Of a stretch of DNA of 64,000 nt, positions 29,991 through 38,269 are shown one piece after another. The notes below the pieces were generated by a model, which was not told the origin of the DNA, ran no database searches, and worked only from the letters and a program-made list of their open reading frames with translations. Each line of letters starts with the position of its first letter. Position 1 is the stretch's first letter. The DNA is from Obrimoposthia wandeli (Eukaryota): positions 248,001-312,000 of the forward strand of contig CDROCS010006241.1 in assembly GCA_977020255.1 (NCBI GenBank). Direction: 5' to 3'. The position numbers and the translations under genes were made by a program.

Positions 29991-32606
29991 TTAAGAAAAA
30001 TATATTCTAAAACAAGCACCTTTAAACATTTTGCCTTTATAAATATATTCAACATTAGAAACTATGATATTACCTTCATGTCTTTTTGTAATAATCTGAT
30101 GTGCCATAGAAAGACCAATACCTGTGCCTTTTAACTGATTTTTAGTAGTAAAATATGGCTCAAATATTCTATCAATTATATTTTCATCAATTCCAAAACC
30201 ATTATCTTTAATTTCAATCATTAAGCTGCCATCAACTTCTAAACTATCAATAAAAACATATCTATCTTCATCAGAAACAATATTTTGTACTATTGCATCT
30301 TTTGAATTATTAATGATATTCAAAAATGCTTGAGTAAGTTCATTTTTAAACCCCTGTGTATTAATATCATATTCAAATGTTTTTATCACATTTATATAGT
30401 TATTTTTAAGTGATGGATTTAATATATTCAAAGTACTTTCTAATACATTACATATGGATATTGTTTCTTTATTTTGATTCTCTTTAGTAAAAGACCTAAA
30501 ATCATCTATTGTCTGAGATAAATAGTCTGATTGTTCTATAATTTCACTCATATCTTGAGAAATATTACGATTATTATTAATTCCATATTCTTCATTTAAT
30601 TGGATACCACTTGCTACAGTTGATATTATACTTAAAGGTTGTCTCCATTGATGGGCAATGTTTCCAATCATTTCACCCATTGAAGCTAATTTACTTTGTT
30701 GTTCAAAAAGTTTATATTTAGTTAGGTCATGCATTATAACTAATAGAGTTTTTTTTTCAGGCAATAGAGACATTGACATAATTACTTGGATTTCATTATT
30801 ATTTTTATCAAAGCATGATTTTTCAAAGCTATCTATATATCCTTCTTTAATTACTTCTTTAATAGCCTCTTTTGTTCTTTCTTTTCCTTCTTCAACTGTA
30901 AGTTTAAGACAAGATGTTTTAAGTAATTCTTCTTCACTGAGTTTTGTAATTTCAGAATATGCTGGATTAACTTTTAGAAAATTTGTTTCTAGATCTACAA
31001 TAGCTAATCCATCTCTTGATAATTCAAATATTGTTTCTAACTCTTTTTTCTGTTCTAATAATTTATCTTGTTGTTCTTTTGATGAAGTAAAATCTCTTCC
31101 AATACCTAAAACACCGATAAGTTTTCCCTTTTTATCTTTTACTGCTGTCTTAACTGTTTGTGTGTATTCTTCATGTCCATCTGATGAAAAAGGAAGAGTT
31201 TCATAATTAACTAAAGGAAAATTAGAATTCATGGCATCTTTATCTTTCTGTCTAAAGAAATCCGCTAAATCTTTACTTACATAATCATAATCTGTTCTAC
31301 CGACAATATTTTCTTCCAGATCACCAAAGAATTCTTCAAATCTATAATTACAATGTACGTATACACCATCATTATCTTTCATCCAAAGTAAATCAGGTAT
31401 TACATTTACAATAGTATCTAGTTTATTCCGCTCTTTTTCTAATTCACTTTTTAATTCTTTTCGTTCTGATATATCTCTAGTTGAAGAATAAAAGTACTCT
31501 TTATTGTCAATAAGGATACGTCTTACACTAGTTTCAACAGGAAAATAAGTTCCGTCTTTTCTTTTAAATTTTGCTTCAAAAATAAATGTTTTATCGAATT
31601 CAATATTATCAAACTCAGAGGGAGTAAAAGGTGGAAATTCTTCATGCCAAGCTACTGTATTAAGATTTTTAAGTTCAGCAGAACTATAACCCAACATACT
31701 GGCAAAGGATTCACTAAATTCCAATAGATTACCATCTCTATCTATAATATGAACTCCATCAGAAGCTAGAGCTAAAAAAGCTTTATATTTTTCTTTTTCT
31801 TTTTCTAAAGAGTTATTTAAATCTTCTAATTTTTTTGAATAACTAGTTTTTTCACTAATATCTTGAGCATAACCTACCGTTCCTAATAAATTCTTATTCT
31901 CATCATAAACAGGAGACTTAAAAGTTTCAAACCATGTTTCATTTTTATCTACAATAATTTTTTCTTGTACTATTTTGGAAGTCCCTGAATTCATAACTTC
32001 TTTATCATCTATTCTATAATTAGTTGCAAATTCTTCATTCCAAATATCTAAATCATTTTTACCGATGATTTCTTTTTCATCTTTGAATCCAGTAGCATCT
32101 GTAAAGGATTGATTTACACATAAAAAACTACTCTCTTGGTCTTTATACCAAACTAAAAAAGGAAGATTATCAATTAAAGTTTTACGATATAACTTTTCTT
32201 TTTCAAGGGATTCTATTAGTTGCTTATTTTCACTACTATCAAGTACTATTCCAATTATTCCAATAAATTTATTCTGCTTATTAAATATTGCTGTTTTACA
32301 GATTAATATATCATGTTCATTTTTATCAGCAAATGTAACTTTTAATTTAAGATTATAAGTTTTTTTCTCTATTAAGGAAAGATCTGATTGATGATATTTA
32401 TTTGCTAATTCTGTAGGTAATAAATCAAAAACAGTTTTGTTTAGTAACTCGTTAGTTTTCTTTCCAAATGTTTCTAAGAAAGGTGTGTTAAATTTAATAT
32501 ATTCAAATTTTTCATTTTTTGCATAAAAAGGGATAGGAGTAGATTCTATAAAAGTAGAAAGTAAAGTTAAACTGTTTTCTAATTCATTTTTATCATAAGA
32601 CTTCAT
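29991..32606 (-). CDS. Cytoplasmic multi-PAS sensor histidine kinase
   Basis: About five PAS repeats, H-box IAHQWRQPL, N-box NSKDA, DNGFG and GTGIGL; no TM segment. Confidence 0.92.
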   Translation of the reverse strand: MKSYDKNELENSLTLLSTFIESTPIPFYAKNEKFEYIKFNTPFLETFGKKTNELLNKTVFDLLPTELANKYHQSDLSLIEKKTYNLKLKVTFADKNEHDILICKTAIFNKQNKFIGIIGIVLDSSENKQLIESLEKEKLYRKTLIDNLPFLVWYKDQESSFLCVNQSFTDATGFKDEKEIIGKNDLDIWNEEFATNYRIDDKEVMNSGTSKIVQEKIIVDKNETWFETFKSPVYDENKNLLGTVGYAQDISEKTSYSKKLEDLNNSLEKEKEKYKAFLALASDGVHIIDRDGNLLEFSESFASMLGYSSAELKNLNTVAWHEEFPPFTPSEFDNIEFDKTFIFEAKFKRKDGTYFPVETSVRRILIDNKEYFYSSTRDISERKELKSELEKERNKLDTIVNVIPDLLWMKDNDGVYVHCNYRFEEFFGDLEENIVGRTDYDYVSKDLADFFRQKDKDAMNSNFPLVNYETLPFSSDGHEEYTQTVKTAVKDKKGKLIGVLGIGRDFTSSKEQQDKLLEQKKELETIFELSRDGLAIVDLETNFLKVNPAYSEITKLSEEELLKTSCLKLTVEEGKERTKEAIKEVIKEGYIDSFEKSCFDKNNNEIQVIMSMSLLPEKKTLLVIMHDLTKYKLFEQQSKLASMGEMIGNIAHQWRQPLSIISTVASGIQLNEEYGINNNRNISQDMSEIIEQSDYLSQTIDDFRSFTKENQNKETISICNVLESTLNILNPSLKNNYINVIKTFEYDINTQGFKNELTQAFLNIINNSKDAIVQNIVSDEDRYVFIDSLEVDGSLMIEIKDNGFGIDENIIDRIFEPYFTTKNQLKGTGIGLSMAHQIITKRHEGNIIVSNVEYIYKGKMFKGACFRIYFS

Positions 32607-33072
32607 AAGAAATTCTTTTTATTATTTTATATAACTCTATAGCAATAAATATTTTATTATGCTTAACTAGTAGTACTTAGGCACATTATGAAATATTATA
32701 TTTTTGATTATTTATTGAAAGTACATTGACTGAAAAGAATTATAATTCATTAAATTCATAAGAATATGTTCTTTATAGAAAATCCCTAGAAAATAGGTAC
32801 TACACATAAGAATAACGAACTAAATATAACAAGCGTGTATATATAAAGTTCAGATACACTAAGGACAATACCAATAATACATGATCTGTATTATAATACC
32901 GTTTTTGCAATCCTTCAAAAGCATAAAAACAACCAATTGCTAAGCCTAGATCTGCACTGATTATCAGTAATTAATTCTTGTTAGGCTTCTCCTCAATGCA
33001 CAATTAATTTATTATATCTATAAGAATAAAATATTCTAAAAAATTGATGCACTCACATAAGGAAACTACACC

Positions 33073-34212
33073 ATGAATAAATTAAAAGTAGGAGTCATCG
33101 GGACTTCAAAAAAAGAAGATGAGCAACGGTTTCCCATCCATCCAGAACATTTATCTCGTATTCCAGAAGAACTTCGACGTCAACTAATATTTGAAAAAGG
33201 TTATGGAGTAGCATTTGGTATCTCAGATTCTCAAATTGCTGAACAAACAGGGGGAATAGCCACACGTAGCGAACTACTATCCGACATGGGTACTGTTATT
33301 ATAAGCAAACCTGTATTAGAAGATTTAGAAGAACTACAAGAAGGTGGGACACTTTGGGGTTATGTCCATTGTGTACAGCAAGCAGATATCACTCAAGCTG
33401 CAATTAATCGTAAACAAACTCTAATAGCTTTTGAAGACATGTTTGCATGGTCTCCTGACGGTCACAAAGGACGACATACATTCTATAAAAACAATGAAAT
33501 GGCTGGATATTGTGCAGTAATTCATGCCTTACAACTTCAGGGTATTGATGGACATTACGGGAATCAACGTAAAATAATTATTTTTGGTTTTGGGGCAGTT
33601 AGCAGAGGAGCAATTTATGCTCTAAAAGCCCACGGTTTTAGAGATATTACTATTTGTATTCAACGACATGGATATGAGGTACGAGAAGAAGTCCTTGATT
33701 GTCATTATGTAAAGATTCAAAAAGGCAATGATGAGGAAGAACGTATGATGGTTGTAGAACATGATGGATTCGAGCATCCTCTAACTGACCTTATCAAAGA
33801 ATCAGATATCATCGTAAATGGAGTATTCCAAGATACAAAAAATCCTACTCACTTTGTAACTGAAGATGAGAGTTCATGTCTTAAGCCCAATAGTTTGATT
33901 ATTGATGTTAGTTGTGATGAAGGAATGGGATTCTTTTTTGCCAAACCGACAACATTTAAGAACCCAATAATTAAATATAAAACTATAAATTATTATGCTG
34001 TTGATCACACTCCAAGCTACCTTTGGGAAAGTGCAACAAGATCTATTTCTGCTGCTTTAATTGTATATTTATCAACTATTCTTTCAGGCCGTGATAGTTG
34101 GCAAGAAAATGAAACTATCCGAAAAGCAATTAATATTGATGATGGAGTAATTAAGAATGAATCTATTCTTTCATTTCAAAAGCGAGAATCTTCATACCCT
34201 CATGCATATTAG
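33073..34212 (+). CDS. ceo: N(5)-(carboxyethyl)ornithine synthase
   Basis: AlaDH/PNT-like fold; KxDExRxPIHPEHL, WGYVHC, NNEMAGY, GFGAVSRG, DVSCD and VDHTPS motifs. Confidence 0.8.
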   Translation: MNKLKVGVIGTSKKEDEQRFPIHPEHLSRIPEELRRQLIFEKGYGVAFGISDSQIAEQTGGIATRSELLSDMGTVIISKPVLEDLEELQEGGTLWGYVHCVQQADITQAAINRKQTLIAFEDMFAWSPDGHKGRHTFYKNNEMAGYCAVIHALQLQGIDGHYGNQRKIIIFGFGAVSRGAIYALKAHGFRDITICIQRHGYEVREEVLDCHYVKIQKGNDEEERMMVVEHDGFEHPLTDLIKESDIIVNGVFQDTKNPTHFVTEDESSCLKPNSLIIDVSCDEGMGFFFAKPTTFKNPIIKYKTINYYAVDHTPSYLWESATRSISAALIVYLSTILSGRDSWQENETIRKAINIDDGVIKNESILSFQKRESSYPHAY

Positions 34213-34267
34213 GGATTAATAATTGCCCACCAGTCAATATATTTTGGCTGTGGGTAAAACAATTATT

Positions 34268-35212
34268 TTATTTTACTTGATACCTAAATAATACAAGATT
34301 GTCTAAAACAAGATTACTTGACCAAATAAATGAAGCACCTGAACCTGAAAATTGCTCTTGGAAATTCATATAAGCTTTCTTATTATTAACACCAATTTCA
34401 TCTTCTGTATATTCTATAGATTTTGGCCAAGCAAAATATTCTTCATTTACTTCCCACTCTAAAGGGATATCCCAATGTAAAGAATATGTCTCAATATATT
34501 TATCTAAACCATCCGTAGTACAATCTTTTGTTATACGTTCATTTCCAATCTCTTGTACACAACTTAAATCATAAATAGGAGATGTGTAAAAGGTTTGAGC
34601 TTTCCAGTCTTTATTTGTTATTGTACCATCAGAGAAACTAGCAATAAATCCACCATCCCCAGCATGAAAAGATTTACCTCTATTATTTTCACTACCTAAA
34701 CCAGAGTTTTCTTCCCAATCAACAACTTTAATTGCAATATCATATGGTTTTTTAACCTTAAATCTTACAACATTAGAATTAAAAGGAGTAAAAGGTACTG
34801 AATCAATACCTACTAACTTACCATTGATAAATAATTCAAAATAATTATCAGCAAATATATAGCCAGTAATAATTTCTCCATCTTTATCTATCTCTACTAT
34901 TGGTACTGCTGTTATATCAACTTGGGATAAAGATTCAGGTATAACATTTGAACATTCATTATAAAGATCATTAGCAAAGTATTTCTCTTCATATTGAACC
35001 TTGGCAGGGACAGTAAATTCTTTGTCACCAATAGTTTTAACACCTATAGGTGATGGCCGTGAACGTCCATTTTCACAAGTAAATAAATTCTTTATTTTTA
35101 TCTCAGCTTTGCCTTTTACAATTTGTGCAGAACCAGTATATTCTCCAAAAACAGAGGAGAGAGAAAAACTCAAGATAACTAATAAAGATAGTAATTTAAA
35201 TTTCATTTTCAT
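34268..35212 (-). CDS. Secreted hypothetical protein
   Basis: Signal peptide; ADNYFELFINGK and DGGFIASF suggest a beta-sandwich; function unknown. Confidence 0.7.
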   Translation of the reverse strand: MKMKFKLLSLLVILSFSLSSVFGEYTGSAQIVKGKAEIKIKNLFTCENGRSRPSPIGVKTIGDKEFTVPAKVQYEEKYFANDLYNECSNVIPESLSQVDITAVPIVEIDKDGEIITGYIFADNYFELFINGKLVGIDSVPFTPFNSNVVRFKVKKPYDIAIKVVDWEENSGLGSENNRGKSFHAGDGGFIASFSDGTITNKDWKAQTFYTSPIYDLSCVQEIGNERITKDCTTDGLDKYIETYSLHWDIPLEWEVNEEYFAWPKSIEYTEDEIGVNNKKAYMNFQEQFSGSGASFIWSSNLVLDNLVLFRYQVK

Positions 35213-35289
35213 TTTCCTTAATATCTTATTCTATTAAAAAAATTTAAACGATATATTAATGGGTGATAGTTAATTGTTTAGAAAGTTGA

Positions 35290-35850
35290 TTATTTAATTT
35301 GAAAAGACTTTAATAAAGAATTAGTTGTTGTTTCAAAATTGTCATATATTTTAGTATAAGCAACAGCACCTTTTAATAAAGAAATTGTTAAAAAAGCTTC
35401 TTCTTTTATAGTTCTATTTATTAGAAAAGAATTATCAGTTAGACCCTCTTGTAATATCTTTTCCATATTAGATTGCTCTATTACAGTTAAGTTTTTAACT
35501 TGCTCTTTCATAGACTCTGGTAAAAGCTCATATTCGGAAAGAAGAGAAACAATAGGACAATCTTCTTTTTCATTTTGTTGAGTTTTATAGATTTTAAAAT
35601 ATTCTTTTAGTTTTTCTATACTTGAAAGTTCAGAGTTTATAATTAATTCAAATTTTTTATTCAAGTCCTCTGCCATAACGTCTAAACAAGCATTTCCTAA
35701 AAGCTCTTTTTTCTTAAAATAGTGATGCACATTCTCTCTTGTAACATCTAATTTTTTAGCAATTTGTGTGAAGCTAAGATTTGAATACCCTACTTTTCTT
35801 ATAATACAATTTGCAGTATTTACTACGTCATCTTTTCTTGATTTTTTCAT
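35290..35850 (-). CDS. TetR/AcrR family transcriptional regulator
   Basis: GYSNLSFTQIAKKLDVTRENVHHYFKKKE N-terminal HTH. Confidence 0.9.
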   Translation of the reverse strand: MKKSRKDDVVNTANCIIRKVGYSNLSFTQIAKKLDVTRENVHHYFKKKELLGNACLDVMAEDLNKKFELIINSELSSIEKLKEYFKIYKTQQNEKEDCPIVSLLSEYELLPESMKEQVKNLTVIEQSNMEKILQEGLTDNSFLINRTIKEEAFLTISLLKGAVAYTKIYDNFETTTNSLLKSFQIK

Positions 35851-35884
35851 ATCTCTTCTTTGATTTTTTTGATTATATATCAGT

Positions 35885-35966
35885 TTAACTTACACATGTA
35901 TAAGTTAATGCTTGACAAAAAAATATTTTATTGCTAAAATTCCATTTAACTTACTATATAGTAAGT
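35885..35966. promoter_or_regulatory. Divergent promoter with two palindromic operators
   Basis: TTAACTTACACATGTATAAGTTAA (35885-35908); TTGACA-N17-TAAAAT (35912-35940); perfect palindrome ACTTACTATATAGTAAGT (35949-35966). Confidence 0.75.
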
Positions 35967-35986
35967 AATTACATTTAAGGATAATT

Positions 35987-36358
35987 ATGAATAAAGAAGA
36001 AATTTTAAAAGACTTTCAACAATATACAAAGGCGTGGGTTGAAAACTTTAATAAAGGAAATGTAGCATATTGCATTGATGCATATGTAGATGATGCAATT
36101 ATGAGTATCAAAGATGTTGGAGAGTTTAAAGGAAAAGAATCAATAGCAGTTTTTTGGAATGAGTTAACAAAAAAAGCAAATCATATTGAATATTTAAATA
36201 CAAATATCAAAGTGATTGATGAAAAAACAATACATTTAGATTCTGATTGGAAAATGAATATAGGAGAAGGTATTATTACATTAGAAGAGTGGGTTAAACA
36301 AGATGATAATTCTTGGAAGTTAGTTAAAGATGCTTTTGAAATAAAAGAACAATACTAA
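35987..36358 (+). CDS. SnoaL/NTF2-like (DUF4440) protein
   Basis: WVENFNKGN...YVDDAIM...FKGKESIAVFW...WVKQDDNSWKL NTF2 pattern. Confidence 0.75.
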   Translation: MNKEEILKDFQQYTKAWVENFNKGNVAYCIDAYVDDAIMSIKDVGEFKGKESIAVFWNELTKKANHIEYLNTNIKVIDEKTIHLDSDWKMNIGEGIITLEEWVKQDDNSWKLVKDAFEIKEQY

Positions 36359-36367
36359 GGATACTAA

Positions 36368-37198
36368 ATGCAATATCTACATAAACATAGTTTATATATT
36401 TCTAATCCAAAAATATCTTGTGATTTTTATATTAATAAATTAGGTATGCAACTAATTCAAAGTTTTGAAGAAAATTCAAAAGAGTATTACCATTTAACTT
36501 TCAATGATGATATTAATTCAAAAGAAGCATTATTAGAGTTAATTTATGAAGACAATAATACAGAAACTATTTTTCCAAAAGATAAAAACCAACTTGAAGG
36601 TTATTGGAAATTTTCAATTAGTATAAAAGATGTAGATATAGCAAGAGAGAATCTAATAAAACAAGGGATAGAAGTAGCAGATTCAATTCAAGTTCCACAT
36701 GTAGCGTATTTGTGCCATTTCTACGATCCTGATGGATATTGTTTAGAACTAATTCAACATAGATTTGTAGAAAATCACCAAAAAGAAAAAGAAGATACTA
36801 ACTATAAATTAGGGAACAAACCTACTTTTTCATTAGTTACATATAGAGTTAGAAATATAAATAAAAGTTTAGACTTTTATATTAACAAACTTGGATTAAA
36901 ACTGTATTCAAAAATGGATGTATCTTTTAGAGGATTCGAATTATATTTTTTAGCACCTAATTTTGAAAATCTGCCAAATGAAACAGATATAAAATCAATC
37001 GATAATATAGAATGGATGTGGCAAAGAAAATATACTCTTATAGAGTTACAGTATATATTAGATACCAAAAAAAATAAAGATTTTAAATATAAAGTTGGTA
37101 AAGAAATAGGATTTAATAAAATATCATTTAATTCAAATAAAGAAGAAACATTAACAGACCCCGATGGATATACAATTGAAATAAAAAATCATTTATAA
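36368..37198 (+). CDS. VOC/glyoxalase family protein (tandem domains)
   Basis: HSLYI...FYINKLGM, LELIY, FYDPDGYCLELI; second domain ends TDPDGYTIEI. Confidence 0.85.
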   Translation: MQYLHKHSLYISNPKISCDFYINKLGMQLIQSFEENSKEYYHLTFNDDINSKEALLELIYEDNNTETIFPKDKNQLEGYWKFSISIKDVDIARENLIKQGIEVADSIQVPHVAYLCHFYDPDGYCLELIQHRFVENHQKEKEDTNYKLGNKPTFSLVTYRVRNINKSLDFYINKLGLKLYSKMDVSFRGFELYFLAPNFENLPNETDIKSIDNIEWMWQRKYTLIELQYILDTKKNKDFKYKVGKEIGFNKISFNSNKEETLTDPDGYTIEIKNHL

Positions 37199-37232
37199 AA
37201 AATACCTCTACAAAAGTAAAAATATATAATCT

Positions 37233-37727
37233 TTACTTAAGTAATGCCATTCTTGAATAAAGTCCAACTGTAGTCGTATATCCTACTTCACTAAATTTTA
37301 GATTTTTTTCTTTATCATATATAAGTGTCGTTGGAAAGACTTTAATATTAAATTTTTGAGCATAAAAACCATCTTCATCATTTAGAACTTTAAAAGTAAG
37401 GTTACGTTCATCTAAATAAGTTTGTATTTCTTTTTTACTTCCTGATTGAACTGCTATAGTTATTACTTCATAATCTTTAGATATTTTTTCTATATTAGGT
37501 GCTTCAAACTTACAAGTAGGACACCAAGTAGCCCAGAAATGCACTAATAGTGGTTTGTTTGGTTTAACTCTATATTCAGAATTATCAAGGAGTTTAAAAC
37601 TCTCTATTTTTAGACTGTCTTTATTTAAATCAAGTGCTCTATAATAACTCATTGCATTTAATGCTATGGTTAACATCACTATAAATATTACACCCTCTTT
37701 GAGATACTTTTTAATTTTATCTTTCAT
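37233..37727 (-). CDS. TlpA-like redoxin / thiol-disulfide oxidoreductase
   Basis: N-terminal TM, HFWATWCPTC, FPTT. Confidence 0.88.
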   Translation of the reverse strand: MKDKIKKYLKEGVIFIVMLTIALNAMSYYRALDLNKDSLKIESFKLLDNSEYRVKPNKPLLVHFWATWCPTCKFEAPNIEKISKDYEVITIAVQSGSKKEIQTYLDERNLTFKVLNDEDGFYAQKFNIKVFPTTLIYDKEKNLKFSEVGYTTTVGLYSRMALLK

Positions 37728-37794
37728 CTTTTGCCTTAAGAAACTTATTGGAGGAGTATACTTAAACTTTGTGTACTCAATATTTAATTAACTA

Positions 37795-38043
37795 CTAGTT
37801 CCCTTTTATAAATAGATATGCAGATAGGAGTAAAAAAAATCCAGCTAGAATAAAAAGTTTTTTTGATTTCTCTTTTTTTAAAACAATCTCATCTACTTCA
37901 AAAATAGCAACTGATTTTAAAGTACCATTATCAATATACTCTAAAAATTTATAGCCTTTTTTAGAATGCATCTCTTTTATCTTCTCTAAGTTTTGTTCTC
38001 TTTGCTCTTTAGTAAAACCACCTACAACGATATTTTTTCTCAT
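37795..38043 (-). CDS. Small hypothetical membrane-anchored protein
   Basis: 82-aa ORF with AAGGA RBS and C-terminal hydrophobic helix. Confidence 0.6.
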   Translation of the reverse strand: MRKNIVVGGFTKEQREQNLEKIKEMHSKKGYKFLEYIDNGTLKSVAIFEVDEIVLKKEKSKKLFILAGFFLLLSAYLFIKGN

Positions 38044-38269
38044 TATATTCCTTTTAGTAAAAAGGATTATATCAAAAGAGTTATTTATTAATTAAAAATT
38101 AATAGTTCAGGAGTCAGGCTATCACTGAAAACTAATGTACCTAATTTATATCCTAGAATAAAAGAGAGTATTCTTTTTTCCTTTAAATAAGCTCTCTACG
38201 ATGATATAAGCTCTAATTTGATAAAATAGAACTCTTATAAAAGTTTCAAAATCAAAAGGTTTAATAATA

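Noticed and set aside
32770-32990. Possible decayed membrane-protein gene on the minus strand upstream of ceo
   Set aside because: Hydrophobic fragments with several stops and no recognisable family; cannot be supported without a search.
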